Of a DNA stretch of 64,000 nt, positions 9,543 through 19,614 are shown one piece after another. This DNA is from Chloroflexi bacterium UBA4730 (GTDB lineage Bacteria > Chloroflexota > Limnocylindria > P2-11E), in contig DHJC01000016.1 in NCBI GenBank assembly GCA_002404155.1, forward strand, positions 13,529 through 77,528. Direction: 5' to 3'. A program made the translations under genes and the position numbers. The notes under the pieces were generated by a model, which was not told the origin of the DNA, made no database searches, and was given only the letters and a program-made list of their open reading frames with translations. Position 1 is the stretch's first letter. The number at the start of each line of letters is the position of its first letter.

Positions 9543-10790
9543 CTATGCGTAGTCCTTCAGAAGCTTCAAGACCGGCGGTCGGCGTAGTCGGTGAATCTCC
9601 GCGTGGTAGATCTGGGAGACGCGCTGCCTGGTGATGCCGAGCTTGCGCGCGATCACCAGCGGCGGCAGGGGCACGCAACCGATCCCGAAGAGGAGCTCGA
9701 GGACCGCGCGCTCGCGGGACCCCAGGTTCGCGAGCGCGTGCCCCACGGCCTGACGACGCTCTCGGTCGTGCACGCGGTCGTCCGCGCTAAGGGCATCTTC
9801 GTCGGAACAGGTCTCCTTAACGATCAGACCAGTGACGCCGTCGAGCGAGACGACCCGAGCGTCGGCGCGCACGACCGCCTCGACCACGCGCTCGGGCAGG
9901 CCGACGCGGCGGGCGATCGCGATTGACGTGGCGGCGGACCCGTCGGCCAGGGCCCGGGCTGCGGCTCGACGTATGCACCCGCGCGCGGCCTGGAGGCGCT
10001 GGGGCAGCGGCACGAGATCAGCGGTTCGTTCGCCCCGGGCGACGGCCTGCTTGATCCACCAGGTCGCATAGGCGGCGAAGGGCGCGCCGAAGCTGGGATC
10101 GAAACGATCGACCGCGTGGATCAGGCCTTCGGCGCCGATCTGGACCAGGTCGGCCAGCGGCAGCCGGCTACGCCAGGCGACCGCACGGGCCCGACGCGAC
10201 GCGAGGTGCAACCCGGCGCGGATGAAGTAGTCCCGGGCAAGGCGCTGGGCGCGTTTGATGTCGAGCTGCTCGAGCAGAGTGGCGGGATAGGCGCGCTCGA
10301 AGGCGTGCAGCTGGCGGTCCAGCTCGCTGATGAAGGCCTGCGCGGCGAGACCCGTGCGCGTGTCACCGATCAGGCTTCGATCGAGCGCGAGCGCGGAGAG
10401 CAGGCCGCCGATGGGCTCCCCCGCCTCGACAGGAGACAGCGCCCGCGCAGTCGACGCCTGGTCTTTGGGCACGTTTTCGTTGATGACCGCCTCGGCGGCG
10501 GCGCTCAGCGCCCGCGGCTCTCGGGCACGGCGGTCCCACTCCCGGACTGCACGCCGGAGATGGACCTGGCTGCGTCGCCAAGAGGCGGCGAGGCCGCCGA
10601 AGATCGGAAGGTCGTGCAGCTCGGCGATCGGGACGGCGGCGAAGCGGAGACCGGGCGCACTCTGCTGCGCGCTGTGGACGAGCTCCGCGAGGATCCGTTC
10701 TTGCGCTGGCCCTAGGCGCGGCTGGCCTTCGGTCACCGCTCGCTGTGCGCGTTGGCTTGGGTCGTCGTCGAGCGTGATGGCTGCGCTCAT
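9543..10790 (-). CDS. RpoD/SigA-like sigma-70 family factor
   Basis: Region 2 LADLVQIGAEGLIHAVDRFDP...FAAYATWWIKQAV; region 4 LGSRERAVLELLFG...IARKLGITRQRVSQI. Confidence 0.88.
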   Translation of the reverse strand: MSAAITLDDDPSQRAQRAVTEGQPRLGPAQERILAELVHSAQQSAPGLRFAAVPIAELHDLPIFGGLAASWRRSQVHLRRAVREWDRRAREPRALSAAAEAVINENVPKDQASTARALSPVEAGEPIGGLLSALALDRSLIGDTRTGLAAQAFISELDRQLHAFERAYPATLLEQLDIKRAQRLARDYFIRAGLHLASRRARAVAWRSRLPLADLVQIGAEGLIHAVDRFDPSFGAPFAAYATWWIKQAVARGERTADLVPLPQRLQAARGCIRRAAARALADGSAATSIAIARRVGLPERVVEAVVRADARVVSLDGVTGLIVKETCSDEDALSADDRVHDRERRQAVGHALANLGSRERAVLELLFGIGCVPLPPLVIARKLGITRQRVSQIYHAEIHRLRRPPVLKLLKDYA

Positions 10791-11257
10791 CGATTCTCCT
10801 GCGGCGGTTCACGCCGCGTGCAGACCATTGTCTGCATGTACATACGCTATTAACAATGAAGCCACGAATAAGGCGCTGGTGCAAGGCATCGGGACAATTT
10901 GGCGATCCGAACCGATCGCGAACCGATTGCTTGACAACGCCGTGCCGGAGGCTCGGCTACGCACGCGGGGTGGAGAGATGCTGACCGAGCTCGACGGCTC
11001 AGGGGCTGCAGAGCCGTTGAAACAGCGATCGCATCAGATGCCGAAGACGGCCCAACCGGCGCAACCGCTAGAAGAGATCGGATGCGCTGCGAAGTCAGCG
11101 CCCCAGCGCCACCCCGTTCCCATCGGCCGGGCGAATTGGGCCGGCACGCGACCGGCGTTCGCGTACCTTGAGCAGGATCTTGGGATGCAGGTCGAGCGGC
11201 ATGGCCATATGCGGCGTCGTCAGCCAGCGCCGGGTCTACCGGGCTGGCCACTCGAGG

Positions 11258-11596
11258 TCAGCGGCAGTCGTGCGCGGCGCTGCGCTCGTCGGTCGCGGAC
11301 GTAGGACGGGAACAGAGGCGCCGAAGCTTGCGACCGCGAGGGTCGACGCGCATGAGGTCCTGCTGCAGCTTCACAAGGTCAGCGGGCGGATGTCCCTTGC
11401 GGTAGTGGAGCTGGGGCGCGGGAGCCACGCCGCGCTCACGACGTTTCGCCAGGTACTCCGCGAGCGCCGCGGAGAGCAGCACGTTGAGCGATAGCCCGTG
11501 CGCGAGTGCGTACCCGTGGGCGTCGTCGGCCAGGGTCTGAGGATAGCGACCGCTCATTTGGGTCTTCGCGGTCTTCTCTGCGGCGGTCGCGCTCAC
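11258..11596 (-). CDS. ribbon-helix-helix (CopG/Arc-like) protein
   Basis: TQMSGRYPQTLADDAHGYALAHGLSLNVLLSAALAEYL; GTG start overlaps the recombinase stop (GTGA). Confidence 0.7.
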   Translation of the reverse strand: MSATAAEKTAKTQMSGRYPQTLADDAHGYALAHGLSLNVLLSAALAEYLAKRRERGVAPAPQLHYRKGHPPADLVKLQQDLMRVDPRGRKLRRLCSRPTSATDERSAAHDCR

Positions 11597-13689
11597 GCAG
11601 CCTCGTCGGAGGTATCTGACGGGCCCGCTCGGAGAGCGGGGGGCGTCGGCGGCGAGACGAGCTGCCAAGCTGAGCGAACCGCCGGCGGCAGCGCGCGTGT
11701 GCTGTCGGCCTCCGTGGCGAGCTCATGGAGGATCCCGAGGGCCGTGACCCGGCGACCGAGCACGCCGTCGACCCCGCCCTCGCATCCGTGAGCGCGCAGC
11801 TCCTCGTCAAGCTGCTCGAGCTCGCCCTGGAGGAATCGATCCGGGCGGATCGGCTCCCAGCGCTTCTGGAGCTCGGCCGCGATGGTCTGGTCGATAACCT
11901 CGTAGTACGTCTTCAGCTCGGCAAGGTATCGGCGCGCCTCGTGTGCGCCGGTCGGCTTCTCGAGCAGCTTCGCCAAGACGGTGAGTGATTGCGCGGCGGC
12001 CTGCTCGCGCCGACCGTGCACGCGGCGCGGTGTCCCGAACTGCGCGGGCATGAAGTCCAGCATGAGCGTGCGCTGATCGTCGCCGTGGATCTGCGCGTAG
12101 CTCTCGCGCAGGATCTTGGTGTCCTCCCAGAGGCCCAGTTTCATGACCAGCGCCTCGGGCATGCCGCGTACGAAGGTCCAGTAGATGGCGCCAGCGGCGC
12201 GCAGCGTGTGCGGGTTCGTGGCGCCAAAGCGCAGCCAGCGGAGCTTGAGCTCCAGCCTCGACGACACGGCGCTGTACGACATCCCTTCCGGACGGTCGGG
12301 GTTCAACCGGAAGAGTGGTGCCACATCGAGCTCGCCAACGAGGAGCGGATCGCTGCCCCAACTATCGCCGTTGTCCGCACGTAGGCGCACCGGCTCTTCA
12401 CCCTCGCGCAGCGGCAGACGTAGCGAGCGCCCCTCGACCGCCAATAGCTTCTCTATCAGCGCGATGATCACGGGCGGGAGGATCAGCTCCTTCACAAACG
12501 GATACCACTCGCCGGACGTATTCTTCGCTCGCGCGCTGTCGATCACGACCGCGAAACCGTTGGCGTCGATCACGTCGTTGGTGCTGCGGTGCTTCTTGAG
12601 GTGCAGCAGCGAGATCGTGGATGCCGTGTCGGTGCGCCACATCCCGTACAGCGTGCACAGGGTGAGGACCGCATCGCGTAGGCCCTGCCAGTACTTGCGG
12701 CGCGTGATGCGCTTGTGCTGCCGACGGTCATCCAGACGCGCGATCTCCTCCTCGAGGGACGCGATCGCGCCGGTCACGTGGGCCAACGTCGGGTACCACT
12801 TCTCCTCGCCCGAGTTGCTGAACTTGCGAGAACGCTTGTTCCACAGGTGGCTGCGATCCTGCTCGAGCCGGATCGCCTCGCGAAGCTCGGCCTCCCGCTG
12901 CAGCGTCACGATCTCGATCGGCGTACGGCCGCAGGTGCGTGCACGGTAGATGTAGTCGATGATCCTTCGCTCGTACACCCCGATGGTGCTCTCGTCGTAG
13001 AACGAGCCGTCGAGCTTCGTCGAGTAGTAGAGGTACTCGGTGACGTGCTCGGGGGTGAGCAGACCCTCCAAGGTGAAGGGCGTCCACCCGCGCAGACAGC
13101 CTTGACGGATGATGTCGTCCATCACGCGCCGAGTGGCCAGTTGTGACCCGTAGGCCATAGTCTGCTTGCGCATGACCCCGTCGCTGCGCTTGCTCATGCG
13201 ATCACCGTCACCGCCGTACTGCTGCCGTGCGAGCTTCAGGAACAGTTGGTCGACGGTCGCGAGCTTGTCCTGGTCGGCCTTGGGCAGTTTGGCGCGGGCG
13301 TCGACCATACTGACCGACCACTCCTGCACGCCCGCCACGGCCTCCGTCGGCACGGGTCGCTTCCGCAGCCCATGCTTCAGCGCGAACGTGTAGAAGCGCA
13401 GCCCGTCGCGGACGCGCGTGATGTGGCGGCGACGCACGCGCTCGATGCCCACGGTCGCGGCAGCACAGCGCGCCTCGTAGAGCGCGCGGTAGCGCGGGTC
13501 CGAGAGGTCGGCGTCGAGAGCGGTCGAGAGACCCTCGGCCGCGCACGCGAGGAGCCACTCCCGTCCCGCGGTCCGGAACTTGTCCCGGAACTCGCCCTCG
13601 CTCACCATCCGGCGGATGAAGTCGCGCGTGACGGAGTCGATCCCGTCCCAGAACCCGTCATGGGTGTCGCGGAACGGGTCAGCAGACAC
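11593..13689 (-). CDS. large atypical tyrosine recombinase (Cre-like Trp variant)
   Basis: Catalytic set in order: R (GMWRTDT), K (RAKN), HxxR (NPHTLR), W (LGLWED), Y (RESYA); long N- and C-terminal extensions. Confidence 0.75.
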   Translation of the reverse strand: MSADPFRDTHDGFWDGIDSVTRDFIRRMVSEGEFRDKFRTAGREWLLACAAEGLSTALDADLSDPRYRALYEARCAAATVGIERVRRRHITRVRDGLRFYTFALKHGLRKRPVPTEAVAGVQEWSVSMVDARAKLPKADQDKLATVDQLFLKLARQQYGGDGDRMSKRSDGVMRKQTMAYGSQLATRRVMDDIIRQGCLRGWTPFTLEGLLTPEHVTEYLYYSTKLDGSFYDESTIGVYERRIIDYIYRARTCGRTPIEIVTLQREAELREAIRLEQDRSHLWNKRSRKFSNSGEEKWYPTLAHVTGAIASLEEEIARLDDRRQHKRITRRKYWQGLRDAVLTLCTLYGMWRTDTASTISLLHLKKHRSTNDVIDANGFAVVIDSARAKNTSGEWYPFVKELILPPVIIALIEKLLAVEGRSLRLPLREGEEPVRLRADNGDSWGSDPLLVGELDVAPLFRLNPDRPEGMSYSAVSSRLELKLRWLRFGATNPHTLRAAGAIYWTFVRGMPEALVMKLGLWEDTKILRESYAQIHGDDQRTLMLDFMPAQFGTPRRVHGRREQAAAQSLTVLAKLLEKPTGAHEARRYLAELKTYYEVIDQTIAAELQKRWEPIRPDRFLQGELEQLDEELRAHGCEGGVDGVLGRRVTALGILHELATEADSTRALPPAVRSAWQLVSPPTPPALRAGPSDTSDEAA

Positions 13690-14005
13690 GACGAACCACC
13701 TCCACGACCTGCGGCCGGGCCGCGGCGATCGCCAGACGCGGCCGTGCTTCGAGTTGTTCCCAGTCGGCGACGAACTGGCTCGCTCGAATGATCCACTGCC
13801 GCTTGATTTTGGTGCCGAGCAGCACCCGCCTGGTGAACATGCGCACGACCGTGCGACGGTCGACCGCGCCGCGCAGCAGCGCGACGATGTCCTCCACGGT
13901 CAGCATGCCGGTGAGCACGAGGCCTTCGAAAACGACCCCACCGGGATCCTCCCCGCAGGACTTGCAAGCCGCGAGGATGCGAGGCTGTTGAGTTAGCGAT
14001 TCCAT
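13679..14005 (-). CDS. excisionase-like helix-turn-helix protein (alternative start 13906)
   Basis: MLTVEDIVALL...DRRTVVRMF...LLGTKIKRQWII resembles the HTH_17/Xis pattern; overlaps the recombinase start. Confidence 0.75.
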   Translation of the reverse strand: MESLTQQPRILAACKSCGEDPGGVVFEGLVLTGMLTVEDIVALLRGAVDRRTVVRMFTRRVLLGTKIKRQWIIRASQFVADWEQLEARPRLAIAAARPQVVEVVRRVC

Positions 14006-14372
14006 TTCGTGTGCACCTTCCTATTCATATGAATGGCGCACCCGGTACCCGGATTAAACAGATCGGACCGCTGAGACCTCTCAGCCTCAGCTCAGGCCCG
14101 CGTCCGCACCTTCGCGCATCTCGCGGCTACTTCGTGTCTTCTCGGGCCCCACCACGTCGGGTTTCGCCCCCAAAAGACCGAAGAGTCGTACCGCCGATTG
14201 CTATGAAAAGTGCGTCCGCGAACCGCATTAACTGTTCGTTCGGGTTGCCGTGTGCGTCCTTCTCCTCTCACCTAGCGCGGAAAATCCGCGAACGGAAGAT
14301 GCGAAACGACGAAAACCCTGGTTGAGCGCGGAATCCCCGCGCGCCGGCTGGCACCGGCGCCATCAAACGGAT

Positions 14373-17300
14373 CTACAAGTCAAGGTCTTCTGCATCGCGG
14401 TTGCGCTCATCCTCAATCTCGCGGATCGCAGAGTCTCGGAGCGCTTCGTAGAAGCGGCGAGAGGGTGCTCCGATGGCGTACGTCTGCGCGACGGCGTCGG
14501 CGCGGTCGCGCTGCTCTACGTGCCGCGGTGCTGGCTGCCCAGGAGTCCCCGACCACGTTCCACTGGTGGCCAGAGCCATGAGCGCGCCACCAACGGAGCG
14601 GTAGCACCCGACGCCGGCGGCGTTGGCGCGCTCAAGAAGATGGACCACGAACGCCTCCTGCTCGAAGACGAACGACCAAGGTGCCTCTTTGAGCAGGTCC
14701 GCCGCGGATCGGATCTTCGCCTCATCCTGCGAGTCGCCCCACTCCATCAGTACGCTGAGAGCTGTAGGTCCGTAGTCAGCCGACAGCAGCGCGAACAGCT
14801 GGCCCTGATGCCAGCGCCGAAGGCCGGTCGTCCCGTCGTAGCGGTCGCGGACGCGACGCAGCAGCTGCGCATGCTCCGCAGTCCCCTCGAGAGAGGTCAG
14901 ACGCGCTACGTCTTCGCGGTCCCACGGGATTGGCCGGTAGTTCGTACCCCGTGTCAGCGCGAGTTCGGTCCGGGCGACGAAGAGCTGGCCCACCGACACA
15001 GGCCGGCGCGGCGCGACCGCCTCGATGAATCTCCAGATCCAGTATTCAGCGATGCCATCCGGCTGTCTGAGCCGAACGAGCACGTCATCGATCTGCGCGT
15101 CGCTGAGCAGCGTGAGCGGGAGCTCCCCGTGACCGACGCGGCCGAGCACCTCGTCCGCGAGTGCGGCGTTATCACCGAAATCGATCGAAACAAGGATGGC
15201 TGCTGCGCGACCCGGATCGACTTCTCGAAGTTGGGCCAGGGCCCAGATCGCGCGCTCGCGGACCCAGAGGTTGGGATGGCCGGCGAGCCGGGTGATGAGT
15301 TCCCACATTCCCGGGCCACGCCAGGCCGGCCTTCCGACCACAGCGGCGATCGATGCGACGGCGTCGACGTTGTCGTGCTGCAGCGTCGACTCCACGACAG
15401 CGCGGGCGCGTTCAGGATGGCGCTCGCTGACACCCTCCAGGAGTGGCGCGAGATACCGGCCCAGAGCATGGCGGCTCGTTCCAGCGATCTCGTCGCAGAT
15501 GACCAAGGCGTACTCGGGGTGCAGGCGCGAGAGCACTGCCAGGAATGAGCCCGGCTGCGGTTGGAATCCCTCCTTCTCAAGCCGCTGGAGTAATTCGCCG
15601 AGGACAGCTGCGCCGGCGTGCGCATCGCGGTGCTGGACAACGAGCTCGGCCGCTGCCTGCTCCTGCAGCTCGCGCGTCAGGCGTTGGCCGTCCTCGAACC
15701 GCGTCTCCGGATCGTGATCGACCGGAAGCGCATCGAGATCCCAGTAGCGAGAGAGCCCAAGGACCAGTCGGAATTCCTCGCTCTCGCTGATTGCATGGAT
15801 CGCCCGCTCTGCGCGCAAACGCCGCTCGCCCGAGGCGCCACGTGCGTACGCGACGAGCTCATCGCGCAGGCGCAGGTCGACGAGGGGGTCCTTGCCCCGC
15901 ATCGCTTCGAGGATCCCAAGCAGCCGCTTCTCTTCAGCCTGCCACTGCACGCGCGCCTCTTCCGTGACCGGTTGACCGAAGTAGCCCACAGGTCCATGGA
16001 GCGCCTCCCCGACTGTCTTCACCACGCGCAGACGCACGTCCACGCGCTCGTCTTTGGAGAGATCGTCGAGCAACGCGATGACACCGTCGCGCAGGGGTCT
16101 TGTCGCTTTTTCGTTGATGATGAAGCCGCGCATCTCCACGGCCGCGCCGGTCCACCAGCTCTCATGACCCGATTTCGCAAGCAGCGGGTCGAGCACGTCG
16201 AGTGGCGAGTGGGCGTGCGCGAACGCGTCCGGTTCAGCGACCCACGCTCGGACCGTGTCGAGGACGCGCCAGCCGAAGTCGATGGGCTTGCGCGGACCAT
16301 AGCCGGCGACTTCCTCAAGGACGCGCATCGCGTGATCGGGATGCTGGTTCGTTGGCCGTGCGTCATCGCGACCGAGCAGCCACAGCGCTTGGAGTGCGCG
16401 CGGAAGATGCTCAAGCGAGTAGCAGGCGCCACGCAGCATCGCGGGAAGGGCACGGCGAAGATCATCTGGCGGCTCGGTCTCGTTGTGAGCGGCTCCCGCT
16501 AGGACTCCTTCTACGAGGTCAAGCACTCGGCCGGGCTGCGTGTATGCCAAATGCGGCAGCTGCCGCAACAGCACGAAGCGCTGATCGGGCCGTTCGGCCA
16601 TGCGAGCCAAGACACGGTCCCAGATGCCTGAGAACACGTCGGGTCCCTTCGTCTTTGCCTGCCGCCAGTCGAGTTCGGCCAGATTCGCGAGCACCGTCTC
16701 GAGCGATGCGTCCGCGACGGCATCGAAGACCGCGTCGGCGTAGCCGGTGGCATCGCCACCAGCAGTGACGCAGGCACGGTGGAGGATGTGGTCCGCCAAT
16801 ACGTCTGGGGTGATACGCAGCAGCCGACCCCGACGTAGCAGCACCCCGGCTTCCTCGAACAGCCCCACGACCGTGATGAAGGTCGGCGCGTCGATCTTGA
16901 GAAAGTCCGCAGCAGCCTCGACCAGAGCACGGTTCTCGAGCCGCAGCGGTCCGACCGCGGCGAGGAATTCCGTGAGCCGGTGCGCGTTCGGCGCACCGAC
17001 GCGATCGACGATTGGGCGGAGCAGGTCGGTCTCGAATCGATCGAGGGCGGTGCGCCGGAACTCCTCCTGGCGATCGAGAAGCCGCGCGTCGATGAGCCCT
17101 TCGGCGATCAGTTGGCCACCGACGACCGTGACGAGCGGTGAATCCCAGCTCACGGCGACGAGGGCGTCAATCAGCCCGCTGCGCCTTCGGCCGAGCGCCT
17201 GGGCTGAAAGGCTGCGCGTCTCATCTCGCCCGAGCTCCTTCAGCTCCGGCAACTCACGGATCTCGGTGCTATCGAAGTCGGCCCGGGTTAGCTCGGCCCG

Positions 17301-18239
17301 CACGCCGGCACTCGCCCACGGGCGTAGCGCCAGGATCGCCCTCGCCTTAGGCACTGCTCTTAGGGCCGAGACGATCTCTCGGATGTCGTCTCGCCGGTGA
17401 GCATCGTCCACGACGAGCACTGTGCCCGGGACGAGCGCTGTGGTGAGGGCTTCGCTGGACACGCTGTCGCGGCGGAGGTACCGAAGCGCGCCGGGGCCCG
17501 CGCTACGGCGTGACAGCTCGCGGAGGACGTGCGTCTTGCCAATGCCGCCGCGGCCAGGAAGCAGCACCACGCGGATGCCATCAGCGTCGATCGCCTCGTC
17601 GAGCATCACCAGGGCCGATGCGCGGCCGACCGTCTGCCAGTCGTAACGCAGCAGGCGGGAGGCGTGCTCCGCTGGCGCGAAGTATTCGGTTGCGTCCTGC
17701 AGAAGCGCTTGAGGCGGCGCGGCAGCGACGAATTCGGCAGCGTACGCCGGCCCGAAATGCCGATCGACGATGCGATACGACACGTCGTGCGCGAGATCGC
17801 CGATCTTGGCGGAAATATCGCGGCGGTCCCAGATCCGCCACTTCGGATACTTGGCTACCTCGTCGCGCACTCGAACGGAGGCGACGCTCGTGAGCAGGAT
17901 GACGTACTGGTCGGCTGGAAAGCTCGCGTCCTCCACGCAGTGGCGCACGTCCACCGGCTGGAATTTCTTGACGTGTCGGCATTGGAATCCCCAGGTACCG
18001 GCACCGTCACTTGCCGCGAGATCGATGCCGCCCTGCTTCTCACCGCGCTTGCCGTACTGGTAAGGGTCGCTGCCAGGAAGCTCATGCGCGACAAAGTCGC
18101 GCGAGAAGTCCTGGAAGCGGTATTCGTCCATCTCGCTGAAGTCGAGGAGGGCCGTTCGCGGCCGCTTCGGAGGCGGAAAGCTCACGTTCCGGGTGGCGCC
18201 CAGGTCATCACGCACCCGACAATCGTGCGCCAATCGCAC
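14373..18239 (-). CDS. restriction-endonuclease-like domain + STAND-type P-loop NTPase + long helical sensor (Avs-like defence protein); start may be GTG 18185
   Basis: N-terminal FQDFSRD...YGKRGEKQGGIDL...FQCRH (PD-(D/E)XK/Mrr-like); Walker A GRGGIGKT; Walker B VLVVDDAH; long helical C-terminal region. Confidence 0.8.
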   Translation of the reverse strand: MRLAHDCRVRDDLGATRNVSFPPPKRPRTALLDFSEMDEYRFQDFSRDFVAHELPGSDPYQYGKRGEKQGGIDLAASDGAGTWGFQCRHVKKFQPVDVRHCVEDASFPADQYVILLTSVASVRVRDEVAKYPKWRIWDRRDISAKIGDLAHDVSYRIVDRHFGPAYAAEFVAAAPPQALLQDATEYFAPAEHASRLLRYDWQTVGRASALVMLDEAIDADGIRVVLLPGRGGIGKTHVLRELSRRSAGPGALRYLRRDSVSSEALTTALVPGTVLVVDDAHRRDDIREIVSALRAVPKARAILALRPWASAGVRAELTRADFDSTEIRELPELKELGRDETRSLSAQALGRRRSGLIDALVAVSWDSPLVTVVGGQLIAEGLIDARLLDRQEEFRRTALDRFETDLLRPIVDRVGAPNAHRLTEFLAAVGPLRLENRALVEAAADFLKIDAPTFITVVGLFEEAGVLLRRGRLLRITPDVLADHILHRACVTAGGDATGYADAVFDAVADASLETVLANLAELDWRQAKTKGPDVFSGIWDRVLARMAERPDQRFVLLRQLPHLAYTQPGRVLDLVEGVLAGAAHNETEPPDDLRRALPAMLRGACYSLEHLPRALQALWLLGRDDARPTNQHPDHAMRVLEEVAGYGPRKPIDFGWRVLDTVRAWVAEPDAFAHAHSPLDVLDPLLAKSGHESWWTGAAVEMRGFIINEKATRPLRDGVIALLDDLSKDERVDVRLRVVKTVGEALHGPVGYFGQPVTEEARVQWQAEEKRLLGILEAMRGKDPLVDLRLRDELVAYARGASGERRLRAERAIHAISESEEFRLVLGLSRYWDLDALPVDHDPETRFEDGQRLTRELQEQAAAELVVQHRDAHAGAAVLGELLQRLEKEGFQPQPGSFLAVLSRLHPEYALVICDEIAGTSRHALGRYLAPLLEGVSERHPERARAVVESTLQHDNVDAVASIAAVVGRPAWRGPGMWELITRLAGHPNLWVRERAIWALAQLREVDPGRAAAILVSIDFGDNAALADEVLGRVGHGELPLTLLSDAQIDDVLVRLRQPDGIAEYWIWRFIEAVAPRRPVSVGQLFVARTELALTRGTNYRPIPWDREDVARLTSLEGTAEHAQLLRRVRDRYDGTTGLRRWHQGQLFALLSADYGPTALSVLMEWGDSQDEAKIRSAADLLKEAPWSFVFEQEAFVVHLLERANAAGVGCYRSVGGALMALATSGTWSGTPGQPAPRHVEQRDRADAVAQTYAIGAPSRRFYEALRDSAIREIEDERNRDAEDLDL

Positions 18240-18492
18240 GAGAGCTCGCTAGTCCTCAACGAGTACGCCGGTTCGTCGCAAGACAGCACGGCCGAGGCGT
18301 GGTCGCGGCTGGGCATGGTCTGGATACGTGACAGCTAACAAGGACGGGCTGTTCCGGTTCGCGGGTGGTGCTGCCCGTTCGGTGGCCACTAACGCTGCCT
18401 GCGTCCACCGGCATCCTGGACACATCGGACTAACTGAAGGGCGGGACCGAGCGGACGCGACACCGCCTGTCCCCGACGCGTCGTGACGGCGG

Positions 18493-19551
18493 CTACGACG
18501 GGCGGCGCGCAGGCGGCCGTCGCTTTCGTCGTCCTTCGGGCCGCGCCCTCGCGCGCTCGATGTAAGGAAGCCAGTCCCTGTGGGACTCCGGCTGGACGAC
18601 TTCGACAGTGGGGCGACGGTACGTCTCGTCACCCTCGTTGAGAATCGCGCGCGTCGCGTCGAGCGAGTCTTGGCTGGCGCCGTAAATGAAGCGGGAGGCT
18701 CCACGCCAGAGTTTGCGGTTGAGCTCGAGGACGACCTCGGCCCGCGGCACGCGAGCGACCTTCTCGGGCAATGGCTCGTTGACGCAGATCAAGAGCGTCA
18801 TCGGGTCGATCGGAAGCGACACCTGAACGCCAGGGGTCGCGAAGCCAATCCCGAGGAACGGAGGCTGGTTCTCCGGCGGCCAGAGCTGGACCGGATTGTC
18901 GCTGATAAGGAAGAACGGCGGCTCGAACTGCTTCAGCACAAGCCAACTCATGTTCATGACAAGGTCGCTGATCGGTCCTACGTTCTGCTGGATCATGTGT
19001 AGGCCAACGATTGGATCGCTGGTCACCTTCATCTTGCCAGCCTGAAGCTGCGCGAGCGCCTTCTGGCGGGCGCGCTCAGCTTCCTCTCGCGTTCGCCCTG
19101 TCGCCATCTCCCTCTTGAGGAACTTCCTGGGATCTCGCAGCGCCATGTCGGCCTGAAATGTTCCGAGCAGATTCCACATGCCTTGCGCGCGCTCACGTTG
19201 CGCGGGCACCCGGAGGTGCTGAAGTGCGACGTAACCAGCAATCCAGTCCCGGTCGCCGTGAGTGAGCGTGAGGGCGCCACCCACCGGAGGTGGCTGAAGC
19301 ACGCGGAGGCGGTCCATCGCGTGTTGCGCGAAACCCTCAATCCTCGCGAGCAGATCTTCGAACTCGAGACTGGCTTCGCCCTTCTCGGTCTCGAACGTGT
19401 AGTAGCCGCTCTGCGCCGCTGCATCTTCGATCGCGACGACATAGGAGCCCCTCGTTTCTTTGTCGAACGCGAGGAGCTGCTTCCCTCGGCCACCGACGGA
19501 GAACAGCCGGAGGTGCATTTGTGGGACGAAGTGGTGCTTCTTGGGAGCGAT
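18493..19551 (-). CDS. DUF4238-family protein, probable ATC start
   Basis: Signature HHFVPQMHLRLF extends upstream of the first ATG (19518); FLISDNPV and LPIDP motifs; in-frame TAG just upstream forces a non-ATG start. Confidence 0.8.
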   Translation of the reverse strand: MAPKKHHFVPQMHLRLFSVGGRGKQLLAFDKETRGSYVVAIEDAAAQSGYYTFETEKGEASLEFEDLLARIEGFAQHAMDRLRVLQPPPVGGALTLTHGDRDWIAGYVALQHLRVPAQRERAQGMWNLLGTFQADMALRDPRKFLKREMATGRTREEAERARQKALAQLQAGKMKVTSDPIVGLHMIQQNVGPISDLVMNMSWLVLKQFEPPFFLISDNPVQLWPPENQPPFLGIGFATPGVQVSLPIDPMTLLICVNEPLPEKVARVPRAEVVLELNRKLWRGASRFIYGASQDSLDATRAILNEGDETYRRPTVEVVQPESHRDWLPYIERARARPEGRRKRRPPARRPS

Positions 19552-19614
19552 GATTTGATGCTAGGCCCGGCTCGTGTGCCCCCTCTGATAGACGCGAGCA
19601 GGCGAGGGGCCACG

